From a virus, in the IMG/VR virus record IMGVR_UViG_2554235478_000002, positions 1 through 46,587 of that record: a stretch of DNA of 46,587 bases; one strand, 5' to 3'. Shown here piece by piece: positions 9,125 through 18,289 of this stretch; the stretch's first letter is position 1, and each line of letters starts with the position of its first letter. The translations under genes and the position numbers were made by a program. The notes under the pieces were generated by a model. That model did no database searches, was not told the DNA's origin, and saw only the letters and a program-made list of their open reading frames with translations.

Positions 9125-10959
9125 TGGGAATTTTCAGATTCCTTCGAGAGTGGAAAGAGAAGGCAAACGGCGTCCTGACGGGACCGACGCTCGAGGCTGG
9201 TGAGGTGACTGCCGAAACGGCGACGCTGACCGACCTCATCGCCTCCGAGTCAATCAAGATCCCACAGTACGACGCGACCGCGAACGCCCCCCGGCAGTCG
9301 GGTATCATCGAGGTCCCGCCGAGCGGGTCCGATACGGCGGGATTCTACCGCTACGACTCGTCGAGCGACAGCTACGAGCTGCTCGACCAGTCCGGTGGGG
9401 TGTCGGCCGGTGATCTGTCTGGACTCAACATCGATACGGACAAAGACTGGGGCGGTTTTGAAATCACGAACGTTGGACCGAATGGGAGAGACGTGCCCGC
9501 AAGCGTGGAGCAATTAACCGTCACGGATTGGTCGGACCCGGTAGAAGACGAGTTCTACCGCCTGTTTGGCGGTGAATCAGATTTCACTACACAGGATAGT
9601 GTCGCTCTTAGCGGCAACGCGCTCAAAATGGATGTTGCCAGCGGAGCCCGCCGAATCGTCGGCACGGACCTCAACGCGGTGCCTCAAATGCGTGACGTGG
9701 TGGAGGTGCCGTTTTACTTCACCGACACGTCCGACATCCTCGAAATCGACATCGGTCGGCAGGGTAGTGAAGTCAAAGGGAGAATCCAGTTTGACGCGAA
9801 GAGCGACGTTATCGACGGCTTCGCGGAGGACGGAAACACGACTTACACGACACAGGCGGATATCAGTTCACACTTAAATGAGTGGTTGGTCGCACGGTTT
9901 GAGTGGTTAGACACTGGGCAGGTCAACATTCGGTTATTGGTCAATTCAGACGGCACCGAACTCGCGTACCGCGAAATGGCCGATTTTTCGACCATGGACG
10001 GCCTGTTCGCAATCGGCGGGTTCAACAGAGACAACCCCTCCACTATCTACGTCGAATCCCCGGTTATCACCAACCGACACGTGAGCGACCACGTGAACGA
10101 GGCTTCGGCGGGAGTGGTGGAACTCGGCGGCGACGTGGTCCGCCCACAGGGTGCGCTCGACGCGGGTCCGCATGAGGCGGTCGTCTCGGACACGACCGTA
10201 CACGGCCACCTGCGAACGGACAACGCGCTCTTGTCGGGTGCCGACGTTTCGTTAGTCGAGTGGGACGGAGGCTACGGACAACGTCGCCTCGAAGCGCAGG
10301 CGGACGGTGAGGGAGGGTTTTACGGCCTTCGGCGACCTCTCGCAGACAGGATTAACAACCGCCTCTTGTGGCAATACGAGAGCCTCTCGGACGTGCCGGA
10401 GTTAGTCACGGGTGCGGATGTTACGAGCGCATCGTTCGCACTCACGGGGTACCCTCGCCGGTTGCAAATTGCACACGACGGTTCCGACGCAGGAAATCTT
10501 GGCGCGTTCTTCAAGCCGATAATCTCCCCGGCGTCGGTCGGGAGCTTCCGCCTCACGTTCCACAACGTCATATACAGCAGCAACGACCTCAAAAACCAAA
10601 TTTCGATTGGGTTGTCCGATATTGACCCAACAACGTCAACCGTCCACGACTCGGGAAATGCCCTCATTTATAACCGACGACCGGACGGAAGCGGCGGAAA
10701 ATACGAAGAACTCCAACTAAACGACGGTACAAAAACAGCCGGAGGGATGATTGTCGATTGGTCTACTCCTCACGACATCTCGTTTGAGTACGACGCAAAT
10801 CAGTCTGTGGGGCGCGGGTTAGTCGATGGAGAACTCGCAGAAGAACTATCAAAGGAGCTACCAGACAAACCGATGCACCCAGTGATTCAATTAGTCGATA
10901 GCTCAGCCTCTACGGGAGAAACGCTTGAGTGCGAGCTTATTACGGTGGAGGTGATGTGA
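9124..10959 (+). CDS. Tail fibre/adhesin (611 aa)
   Basis: DLSGLNIDTDKDWGGFEITN segment resembling halovirus adhesins as I recall them, followed by beta-sandwich-like domains; mosaic base composition. Confidence 0.65.
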   Translation: MGIFRFLREWKEKANGVLTGPTLEAGEVTAETATLTDLIASESIKIPQYDATANAPRQSGIIEVPPSGSDTAGFYRYDSSSDSYELLDQSGGVSAGDLSGLNIDTDKDWGGFEITNVGPNGRDVPASVEQLTVTDWSDPVEDEFYRLFGGESDFTTQDSVALSGNALKMDVASGARRIVGTDLNAVPQMRDVVEVPFYFTDTSDILEIDIGRQGSEVKGRIQFDAKSDVIDGFAEDGNTTYTTQADISSHLNEWLVARFEWLDTGQVNIRLLVNSDGTELAYREMADFSTMDGLFAIGGFNRDNPSTIYVESPVITNRHVSDHVNEASAGVVELGGDVVRPQGALDAGPHEAVVSDTTVHGHLRTDNALLSGADVSLVEWDGGYGQRRLEAQADGEGGFYGLRRPLADRINNRLLWQYESLSDVPELVTGADVTSASFALTGYPRRLQIAHDGSDAGNLGAFFKPIISPASVGSFRLTFHNVIYSSNDLKNQISIGLSDIDPTTSTVHDSGNALIYNRRPDGSGGKYEELQLNDGTKTAGGMIVDWSTPHDISFEYDANQSVGRGLVDGELAEELSKELPDKPMHPVIQLVDSSASTGETLECELITVEVM

Positions 10960-11655
10960 ATGTCACAAAGCAATAATCAGGGCGGTTTGGAGGCAATCTA
11001 CCTGTTTGAAAACGAAGATTACGACGGCGGTCGTGGCGCGTACCGTGACCGGAGCGGACATGGGCGGAACCTCTCACTCAATGGTGGCGTTGGTGTTCGC
11101 CAACCGTCGCCACTCGGGAGTAGTGCATTGTTTGACGGGGCCGACGACTATGGTCGAGCGGCCCCTCCAAACGGCGGCGACCACTTACTCGTGTCTGCGT
11201 TCCTTCGGTACCAGAAACCGACCGAGGACCCAAACGACTACGGCACGATTGTCTCGAATGGCCGCGAACCGGGGAGTGGTGAGGGGCCGAGCAAAGGCTG
11301 GTTCTTGGGAGTCAAGGGTGAGAACGTCCGACATGGCTTCGGAGACGGGTCTTCTGGCGAATACTACTACGTCCTCTCTCCGGGCTATGATAGGTGGTTC
11401 TGGACAACTCTAGCCATAGACACCGACACCGGAGTAGTTTCGATTTGGGTAGACGGCGAGGTAGAGCTATCTCAACAAACGACACTCACAGACTTCTGGG
11501 ACCTAAATGATGAGTTATCTGTGGGGGATGCGCTCGGGCTATCTAAAGCAATCCCGGCGACAATAGCGGCGGTCGTTGTCAGCCACTCTAAACCGACGGC
11601 ACGCCGGATTAAGCGGATGAAAGACATGGCTGCCCGGGGGGTGAGCTACCTGTGA
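10960..11655 (+). CDS. LamG/concanavalin A-like lectin domain protein
   Basis: YLFE...DRSGHGRNLSLNG...ALFDGADDY and W..T.....YVDG-type (IWVDG) LamG signatures. Confidence 0.75.
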   Translation: MSQSNNQGGLEAIYLFENEDYDGGRGAYRDRSGHGRNLSLNGGVGVRQPSPLGSSALFDGADDYGRAAPPNGGDHLLVSAFLRYQKPTEDPNDYGTIVSNGREPGSGEGPSKGWFLGVKGENVRHGFGDGSSGEYYYVLSPGYDRWFWTTLAIDTDTGVVSIWVDGEVELSQQTTLTDFWDLNDELSVGDALGLSKAIPATIAAVVVSHSKPTARRIKRMKDMAARGVSYL

Positions 11656-12110
11656 CTCTCTGTGCCCGCCACGTCGTCCGTTGCATGGTCACTGGTCCCC
11701 CGGACACGCTGGACGCTATCGCGTCTGACCTCCCGGACGGCGACGCGCCGTATATCGGCCCAGAATACGACGGCCCGCCCCGTCTCACGCCCGATGACGA
11801 CCCAACACTCTCCGACGGCGAGGAGCGCCTCACGGCCCGTGTGTCGTTCGTGAGCGACACGGTGGAGGCCGACGGCACGACCTACGACGGGAGCGCCGAG
11901 GCAACAGCACTCTTCGACGCCCTCACGTCGCACGACCTCCCGAAAGACGCGACCGTTCGCCACTACCGCTCGCCGACTGGCGGGGTGACGTCCGCCGAAG
12001 TCCAGGCGTGGTACGAGGCGCATCCTGACGAACAGCCGGTCAACGACGATGGCGAGGCGTTCGTGCCCTCGAGTTGGGACCCGAGTCGGCACGTCGTCAG
12101 TGAGTTCTGA
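11652..12110 (+). CDS. Hypothetical protein (possible fibre chaperone)
   Basis: Coupled GTGA overlap; acidic composition. Confidence 0.55.
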   Translation: MTLCARHVVRCMVTGPPDTLDAIASDLPDGDAPYIGPEYDGPPRLTPDDDPTLSDGEERLTARVSFVSDTVEADGTTYDGSAEATALFDALTSHDLPKDATVRHYRSPTGGVTSAEVQAWYEAHPDEQPVNDDGEAFVPSSWDPSRHVVSEF

Positions 12111-12113
12111 GGC

Positions 12114-12209
12114 CTATTTGTCAGTCCTCCGCTTCCGGAGCTCTTGATACAGCGATACCACAGTCTGAAGAACTCTAGCGGCTATTTCGAGTGCTACCAA
12201 TTCGTCCAT
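12114..12209 (-). CDS. Possible 31-aa amphipathic peptide (MDELVALEIAARVLQTVVSLYQELRKRRTDK)
   Basis: Short antisense ORF in an AT-richer intergenic gap; not in the ORF track. Confidence 0.3.
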   Translation of the reverse strand: MDELVALEIAARVLQTVVSLYQELRKRRTDK

Positions 12210-12390
12210 GGTCCGACCAAACCATGACGCGGACATAACCACCCGTTACGCTCCCACTCAACCCCTACTCTCGTGATGACCTCCGCTCGACGAGCGCCGA
12301 CGCCGTCGACGAGCGAGCACGACCAACAATACCGGGCACCCGTGACGCGAGAGGGGCCGTCGCGGCAACCGAAATCCCTCACACCCATGA

Positions 12391-12642
12391 ATGCGACTCC
12401 AAAAAGCACGGGCGTTAGCGGGGCTGATCTTCGCGGCGGCGTTCGCCGTCGCGTTGCTCGCCGACGTCCTCTTCCCGACGACAGCACAGCTCACAGGCAA
12501 CCACATCACCGTCTTCGCGTCAGTTCTTTCGGCGCTGTTCGGCGTCGAGATTGCCCGCGCACGGTGGGGACAGCTCGCCGCCGCAGCGAGCGGCGCACTC
12601 TCGGGATGGCACGCCGCCGACCAGGAGGACAGTGATGACTGA
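12391..12642 (+). CDS. Holin-like membrane protein 1
   Basis: 83 aa with two to three hydrophobic helices, at the end of the late region. Confidence 0.5.
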   Translation: MRLQKARALAGLIFAAAFAVALLADVLFPTTAQLTGNHITVFASVLSALFGVEIARARWGQLAAAASGALSGWHAADQEDSDD

Positions 12643-12904
12643 CGTCCTCACCCTCGTCAACTACGTCATGCTCTTCGCCGGCGCAGCGGGCTTTCTCGCC
12701 TACCCCGTCCTCGAGCACTTCTACGAACCCGACGTGAGTGGGTGGAAGCTCTTGGCCCTCGTCGCCATCTCGTTGGCGCTCGTGTTATTCGGCGCTGGTG
12801 CGTGGACTGGCGGTGTCGACCTCGTCCCAGTCCGGGCCCTCGCAGCGCTCTGTCTCGTCGCTGCCGAAGTCGGGGTGATCCGAGAGACTGTCACAGCAGC
12901 GTAG
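12635..12904 (+). CDS. Holin-like membrane protein 2
   Basis: AGGAGG site, ATG at 12635, 89 aa, three hydrophobic helices. Confidence 0.5.
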   Translation: MTDVLTLVNYVMLFAGAAGFLAYPVLEHFYEPDVSGWKLLALVAISLALVLFGAGAWTGGVDLVPVRALAALCLVAAEVGVIRETVTAA

Positions 12905-13322
12905 CCGTTGGACCACCTCTCAGAGTACTTTCGTAGTTGCACGTGTACTTGTAGTGAGTCCGCTCTTTCAGTTCGTTAAGGCTAGCGCTGCGACGACGTC
13001 TTCTACGTTGGCGGGGAAGGCGAGCGTTCGCAAACTCCGACCCACCGGCCGCTACTTTTGAGTGGAGTCTCTAAAACCACTATCAGTTTTCAGGATAAAA
13101 GCCGCTATCCTGACGAGTGCCACCAGTGTCAACGCTGGAATGCCGTTTTCGACCGTCTCACCCCCTGATTCGACGCCCGAAGATGTGGTCCTAGCACACC
13201 GAATAGGTCGAAAAGTACAACCAGACCGACTACAAACCGTATCTCGCTATACGAATATCAACGTCGCCTGCGTGCCTGCGTCCTCCTGGGCTTCCTCAGC
13301 CCACTCACCGAGGTGCTTGATG

Positions 13323-14006
13323 TCAGCCATCAAGTATCAAATCATCCACCGGTATGTCATCGAGCTTTATTCGGTCAGATGATGTGCTGTGGACCGATTG
13401 AATCGGCAGTCGGTCTTCGGGCACTCGGTCAATGACGTTGAGAGCAGCTGCGTATCCTGACCCGGACCAATCATCTTTTGATTCAATATTAATAGCCGAG
13501 TCGGTAGAGAGCGTGGCCTTCGCTGTCTCAAGTTTTTGCTTCACTCGTCCAACTTTCCCTCGGTAAGTTCCTACTGAAACCTCGAGTGCATCTGCTGCTT
13601 TCCGTTCACTTTGGTATGGGTTGCGGTAGGCAATTAGTGTAGCAAATTCTTTTGGCGAGAATAGTGTGCTCTCTTGTTCCTCTTTGATAATGGAAACAAT
13701 CTGCTGCATCCACGCATTGAAAAAGTGCGTGCACAACTCTTCACTGTCATCTCGCTCTATGAACTGGGGGTCGAGGTCTGGCGCAAAGTAGTACCCCGTG
13801 TCGTATCCATTTTCACCCAATCCGGAGGGATAAGTGTGGTATCCCACAGCGACGCCGACAGGCGACTCATCGACAATAAATTCGTACCATTCCGACCGTG
13901 TCTGAGCCCAGTCTCTAAGGACCCGATGGACGCCTTTCTGGTGCCATTCCGCTCTCTTTTTCCCAGGAGCGATATTCATGATGTAGGCTGCTAAGCTAGA
14001 CTCCAT
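13323..14006 (-). CDS. Accessory protein with a central sigma70-r4/LuxR-like HTH
   Basis: SERKAADALEVSVGTYRGKVGRVKQKL resembles an HTH; lies in an AT-rich island. Confidence 0.55.
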   Translation of the reverse strand: MESSLAAYIMNIAPGKKRAEWHQKGVHRVLRDWAQTRSEWYEFIVDESPVGVAVGYHTYPSGLGENGYDTGYYFAPDLDPQFIERDDSEELCTHFFNAWMQQIVSIIKEEQESTLFSPKEFATLIAYRNPYQSERKAADALEVSVGTYRGKVGRVKQKLETAKATLSTDSAINIESKDDWSGSGYAAALNVIDRVPEDRLPIQSVHSTSSDRIKLDDIPVDDLILDG

Positions 14007-14196
14007 ACAACTATCTCTTTCTGAGGAATAGTAAATCTATCTCTCCATTGGGGATTGTTCTGCCTCTGTAACTTAACCACCGCCAGCGTCACGGCGTTCG
14101 ATAGTGTGAATTGCTGGCTCTGTTGAAGTCCTCAGAAATTCACAGGGGGTGCATTGCGTCAAAACATCTAATATACAAGAAGATATGAAATAAGCA

Positions 14197-14367
14197 ATGG
14201 CTGACAAAATTGAGGTCCATGTAAGCTATGGCGCTGGCTTTGAGAACATAGTCGTAGACGAAATTAAAGAATCTGCCTCAGGGATTTTACTCCGCAATGA
14301 AGTTGAACAAACTGTTGGCTTTGTGACGTACGAGAACCTTGCCTACGCAAAACCAGTCGAAGAATAA
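14197..14367 (+). CDS. 56-aa hypothetical protein (probably leaderless)
   Basis: MADKIEVHVSYGAGFENIVVDEIKES...; TAATATA about 25 nt upstream; not in the ORF track. Confidence 0.6.
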   Translation: MADKIEVHVSYGAGFENIVVDEIKESASGILLRNEVEQTVGFVTYENLAYAKPVEE

Positions 14368-14540
14368 GGCTGCCAGAAACCTCAGTTTTCCAAACACCCA
14401 ATTGTCCACTTTTCCAGAGAATTTCTAAACACTAACCAACTCTAATTTAGATAAACTACTTCTGATTACCAGAGTAATCATGAGTAGCCGCCCCTATGAG
14501 ATCAGAAATTGTGTGTTTGTCAAATTCGACATGATGTGAG

Positions 14541-14927
14541 TTAGGCATCAGTCTGTTCGATCGAGTAGCGTCGCTCGAGGTCGTCGAGTGCCTCCTGGAC
14601 GTCGTCGGGTTCCATCTCCTCGACGGCGTCGAGACCGTGCTCAACGACGAGAGGTTTCAGGTGCCGGTCTTTCAGGACCTCGAAGTCGCACTCGTAGTTG
14701 AGGCGGTCGTACTGCTTGTCGAGGCGGTCCTTCATCGCGTCGGGTAGATAGACAGTCACGCCGTTCCATGCGCTCTTGACGCTCTCTGCGTCCCATGGAT
14801 TCCTAACCGTCACTGCGTTCTCTGCGTTCATGTCGTTCTCTGGATTCTCTGTCGTGTCGTCCTGGTCGTCGGCGCTGTCGCCGCCGAACCGCCGGGAGAG
14901 TCGGTCGTTGATCTCGTCGTCGCTCAT
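14541..14927 (-). CDS. ParA partner, probable ribbon-helix-helix centromere-binding protein
   Basis: Coupled downstream of parA; unstructured acidic N-terminus, then VTVYLPDAMKDRLDKQY (strand-helix). Confidence 0.6.
   Translation of the reverse strand: MSDDEINDRLSRRFGGDSADDQDDTTENPENDMNAENAVTVRNPWDAESVKSAWNGVTVYLPDAMKDRLDKQYDRLNYECDFEVLKDRHLKPLVVEHGLDAVEEMEPDDVQEALDDLERRYSIEQTDA
14760..14849. repeat. 9-bp-period repeat array C (inside the ParA partner gene)
   Basis: GCCGTTCCA TGCGCTCTT GACGCTCTC TGCGTCCCA TGGATTCCT AACCGTCAC TGCGTTCTC TGCGTTCAT GTCGTTCTC TGGATTCTC. Confidence 0.7.
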
Positions 14928-15691
14928 GGTTCCACCTCAGCCGCAATCGCGGCGTAGACATCGACCATGTCGGTCTCCTCGGCTTCGGGTCCGAAGATGG
15001 AGCAGTGAGCGTTCACGGTTCGCTCGATGGCGGCACGGTGGCGAACAACCCACACCGGAACTCGCCCCTCGAAGCGCTCCTCGTACCACTGCAGCATCCG
15101 CTTCTGTTCGTTGTCGAGCGGATAGTGGACGTCGGAGACGATGATGCCCGAGATGGCGATGTTCGTCCCGTAGTTCTCGTCGAGCGTGTCCAGCTGGCGC
15201 AGCAAGTGCTGGACGGCGAGCTTCGAGGACTCGTCGGCACGGACGGGGACGAGGAGGTTCTCGGTCGCGAGGACGACGTTGTCGTTGATCGGGCCGAGCG
15301 AGGGCGGGGCATCGAACAGGATGACGTCCCAGTTGTCAACGCCGTCGAACAGCATCTGCAGGCGCTGGCGGGGACGCATCCCGCTCGCAATGAGGTCCTG
15401 CTCAAGGGCGAACATATCGATGCTTCCCGGGAGAACGTCGAACTCGTCGTGAGCGACGACAAGGTCGTGAACGTCGTGGTCGTTCGGGTTCGCGAACGCA
15501 TCGTAGAACGTCGGTGGTTCGCTGGTGTAGTAGTCCTCAAACCCGAGGCGATGCGTGAGGTATCCCTGAGGGTCGGCGTCGACGGCGAGGACGTCGAGGC
15601 CGCGGTCGGCGAGGGCGCCCGCGACGTTGATCGCGTTCGTCGTCTTCGCGACACCGCCCTTCTGGTTCGTGATTCCTATCCTGACGGTCAT
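14924..15691 (-). CDS. parA: ParA-family partition ATPase
   Basis: Deviant Walker A NQKGGVAKTT, VLAVDADPQG, ILFDAPP. The ATG at 15691 (MTVRIGITNQKGG) is the likely start. Confidence 0.92.
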   Translation of the reverse strand: MTVRIGITNQKGGVAKTTNAINVAGALADRGLDVLAVDADPQGYLTHRLGFEDYYTSEPPTFYDAFANPNDHDVHDLVVAHDEFDVLPGSIDMFALEQDLIASGMRPRQRLQMLFDGVDNWDVILFDAPPSLGPINDNVVLATENLLVPVRADESSKLAVQHLLRQLDTLDENYGTNIAISGIIVSDVHYPLDNEQKRMLQWYEERFEGRVPVWVVRHRAAIERTVNAHCSIFGPEAEETDMVDVYAAIAAEVEP

Positions 15692-15727
15692 GGCATTCCT
15701 ACCGCGCACGACGTTCCATGCGTTCAA
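15683..15727. repeat. 9-bp-period repeat array F (parA promoter/start)
   Basis: GACGGTCAT GGCATTCCT ACCGCGCAC GACGTTCCA TGCGTTCAA, directly downstream of a TTATTT box on the minus strand. Confidence 0.6.
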
Positions 15728-15761
15728 ATAACCACGTCAGACGCTTGAGAAAGAGATTGAG

Positions 15762-15902
15762 TCAGAACTGCAAGAGAACTACGACGCCGACAACCCACGC
15801 CCCAAGAGCAACGCCGATGAAGATACCCACGGAGAGGTACCACAGTCGCGATTTGTGTGGCGAGTAGGGCGAGTTGGACATCTGCAGGCCCCAGTCGCTC
15901 AT
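15762..15902 (-). CDS. 46-aa membrane peptide
   Basis: MSDWGLQMS...LSVGIFIGVALGAWVVGVVVLLQF; ATGA overlap with the upstream gene. Confidence 0.5.
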   Translation of the reverse strand: MSDWGLQMSNSPYSPHKSRLWYLSVGIFIGVALGAWVVGVVVLLQF

Positions 15903-16108
15903 CGCGACCAGAGCTCCCGGAGTGTCTCACGAATCTCGCCAGGGCGCCAGCCGCGCATCCACGGGTGCAGCGCGCGGTCGTAGCCCTCGAAGATGGGGAT
16001 GGCGTCGACGGGCGCGCCCTCAACAAGCGCGTGGTTCTGTCCGGCCTGGAGGCGTTGGTTGAGATCCCACATGACGCCCGAAAGGGCTCCGTCAGGACGC
16101 TCGGTCAT
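15899..16108 (-). CDS. Hypothetical protein (69 aa)
   Basis: ATGA-coupled ORF. Confidence 0.5.
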   Translation of the reverse strand: MTERPDGALSGVMWDLNQRLQAGQNHALVEGAPVDAIPIFEGYDRALHPWMRGWRPGEIRETLRELWSR

Positions 16109-16263
16109 ACAGCCCTCGCTGGCGGGTACATATCGTCCCACCCTGGCCGCGTCCAGCACCCGCACTCGGGACACTCAAGGACGAGTTTCCCCGGGAGTTC
16201 GACGACGTCGGCGTCGGAGCCGCACCCCGTGCAGATTTCTCGCCAGTCGGAGCGATCAATCAC
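16105..16263 (-). CDS. CPxCG zinc-finger micro-protein (52 aa)
   Basis: CTGCG...CPECGC; GTGA overlap. Confidence 0.55.
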   Translation of the reverse strand: MIDRSDWREICTGCGSDADVVELPGKLVLECPECGCWTRPGWDDMYPPARAV

Positions 16264-16751
16264 GTCGCCCACCCCGCCGACAGGCTCGACTGGTAGTCGA
16301 CGTCGATTTCGTCGTAGCCGTGAATTTCTACGACATCGTCGTTGTGCCAGAACAGCGACCGTATCTCGCCGTCCTGCTGGACCAAGTACTTCACATTCCG
16401 TCCCTGGTACCGCTTCGGCATCCCGTCCTCTCGGGCAGGCGTCGACGGGTCACCCAACGCAAATGACCATGCCGGAATCCCGTAGTACTCCCGTTCACGC
16501 ACCGCGAACACCTTTTGAATATCTCCATACGCAGTTTCGATTAGCGTACCGGGAGTGACTATGTCTGCAACTGTTGGCTGTTCGGGCGGTGTCACCCGGA
16601 CGAAAATCCCGTCAGGAAGGACCGCCAGACGGTCGGTTATGCGCTCGGCGATGTCGTCAGCGCCTCCACACAGCCAGTCCCAGCCATCTCGCTGATATGG
16701 GTTGTTGGGAGGCCACTCTTCCCCAGATGCTGTTGGTGGTTCGTAGCTCAC
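16260..16751 (-). CDS. Hypothetical protein
   Basis: GTG start overlapping the upstream stop; acidic. Confidence 0.55.
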   Translation of the reverse strand: MSYEPPTASGEEWPPNNPYQRDGWDWLCGGADDIAERITDRLAVLPDGIFVRVTPPEQPTVADIVTPGTLIETAYGDIQKVFAVREREYYGIPAWSFALGDPSTPAREDGMPKRYQGRNVKYLVQQDGEIRSLFWHNDDVVEIHGYDEIDVDYQSSLSAGWAT

Positions 16752-16987
16752 GACTCGACCACCATCCAGTCGGCCGTCGAGCTCACTGAGTACAGCATCC
16801 CGGGATGGACTTTTGAACACGATGACTCAGTACAGCGAACGAGCATCCGGCCGCCGTAACTCGTGGCGGCGACGTCCTCGACGACACCGGCGTACGACCC
16901 CGACTCGTTCGACCGGTCGATACGAACGACGTCGTCCACGTCTGGGAGCTCCGAGATACGTGCCTCGTGTTGTGCAGAGTCAGTCAT
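16748..16987 (-). CDS. Hypothetical protein (79 aa, SH3-like beta)
   Basis: MTDSAQHEARISELP...; coupled to neighbours. Confidence 0.5.
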   Translation of the reverse strand: MTDSAQHEARISELPDVDDVVRIDRSNESGSYAGVVEDVAATSYGGRMLVRCTESSCSKVHPGMLYSVSSTADWMVVES

Positions 16988-17118
16988 GCAGACCACTCGT
17001 GCGAACACTCTCTGCAGCGGAGGATTTGGAGCGCTCCGAACTCGCTCATCGATTCTCTCGCCCTGACGAGTAGCTCCGCGTGGCCCGCTCCGCACTCTGG
17101 ACAGACTGGCCGCGTCAT
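16984..17118 (-). CDS. Zinc-ribbon micro-protein (44 aa)
   Basis: CPECG...CRECSHEW, TFIIS-like ribbon pattern. Confidence 0.55.
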   Translation of the reverse strand: MTRPVCPECGAGHAELLVRARESMSEFGALQILRCRECSHEWSA

Positions 17119-17438
17119 CCCGACACCTCCTCGGTCTCGGCCGCCGACAGCTTCGAGTACCGACACACCTCGCAGTACTCCCGGTCGGTCGTCGGGGAAA
17201 GCGTGCCGTACAGAGCGTCTTCGTCGCGCCACAGATACCACACGCCGCCCTCGAAGTCCGGGCATAGTGGTGTCTCGTGGACGTCGCCGTCGTGGGCGAC
17301 AACTCTCACAGCCCCGCCACCGAGCCAGCGCTCGCGACGGTCGAAGCACTCGACGCAGATGTCGCCGTGCGTGATGTGGGCCATGAGCCCGCAGCCGGGA
17401 CAGACTGGGACGTCGTCGACGGACGCGACGTTAGGCAT
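17115..17438 (-). CDS. Zinc-binding protein (107 aa)
   Basis: CPGC...CVEC and H...C...CEVC motifs. Confidence 0.55.
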   Translation of the reverse strand: MPNVASVDDVPVCPGCGLMAHITHGDICVECFDRRERWLGGGAVRVVAHDGDVHETPLCPDFEGGVWYLWRDEDALYGTLSPTTDREYCEVCRYSKLSAAETEEVSG

Positions 17439-17589
17439 CGTCAGCCTCCTGGCTCCCACGCCACTGCGAACAGTGGTGTGCGTGGTCGTGGTCGCTCACG
17501 ACGTGCCGGTCGCACTCGCCGCAGTACCTGCGGGCGAGGACACTTTCGTCGGCCGGGAGTTCGGGTGCGAGATCTTCGTGGTCAGTCAT
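17431..17589 (-). CDS. Small Cys/His-rich protein (52 aa)
   Basis: CGEC...HDHAHHC. Confidence 0.45.
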   Translation of the reverse strand: MTDHEDLAPELPADESVLARRYCGECDRHVVSDHDHAHHCSQWRGSQEADDA

Positions 17590-18289
17590 CACTACCCTCC
17601 ATGCACGTCGTGCGTTCATTCCGTTCCATGCGCCCACTGCGAGTCGTGCGTTCATGGAACGCATCGCCCGAAGCAAACGACAGCCGCACGGCGAGGTTGG
17701 TAACCTGCTCGCGAAGCGCGTCGACGCCCCACTCGTTGCGGAGCTTCGCGTCGGCCCAGAACGCCCACTCGGGCGTCCCCCACATGGACTCGCGGCCGTC
17801 GCGACGGACGAGGTCGTCGGCGTCGAAGTCGCTCTCGTCCTGGCGGCCGCGGCCCTGGAGTCGGTCAAGGCGCTCGTCGAACGGGGCGTGGACCCACACC
17901 GTCGCCAGCGAGTCGAACCAAAGTTCGAGCGCTGGGATGGCCTCGGTGTCGCGCATCCCGATTACCACGACGGGCTTCGCGGGGACCGCGTCGGCGGCCT
18001 CGAGGCGGTCGATGATGTCCTGAGCGACGTAGTCCCCGCCGTCAACGTCGCGACGCATCGTCGAGTAGTCGCCGAGTGCGTCCGAGGAGAGGTCGTCCGT
18101 GGAGTCGACGTCGAAGTGGTCACGTGCGCCCTCGCGGACGATGTCACCTGTTTCGAGTTCGATAGCGTCGAGTTCGTCAGCGAGCATCTCGCCTGCGGTC
18201 GACTTCCCAGCGCCGGGCAGTCCGATCACGACGACGCCCTTACGGAGGTTCTTGGTGGGTGCCTCGTATCTATCGCGAGACTCACTCAC
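17582..18289 (-). CDS. P-loop nucleoside monophosphate kinase-like protein (CoaE/UPF0200-like)
   Basis: VVIGLPGAGKST, GDIVR, GMR, VWVHAPFDERLDRL..RGR. Confidence 0.75.
   Translation of the reverse strand: MSESRDRYEAPTKNLRKGVVVIGLPGAGKSTAGEMLADELDAIELETGDIVREGARDHFDVDSTDDLSSDALGDYSTMRRDVDGGDYVAQDIIDRLEAADAVPAKPVVVIGMRDTEAIPALELWFDSLATVWVHAPFDERLDRLQGRGRQDESDFDADDLVRRDGRESMWGTPEWAFWADAKLRNEWGVDALREQVTNLAVRLSFASGDAFHERTTRSGRMERNERTTCMEGSDD
17602..17673. repeat. 9-bp-period repeat array A with perfect palindrome TGCGTTC-ATG-GAACGCA
   Basis: Six phased units from 17602 to 17655, palindrome at 17647-17663, followed by TCGCCCGAAG. Confidence 0.8.
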
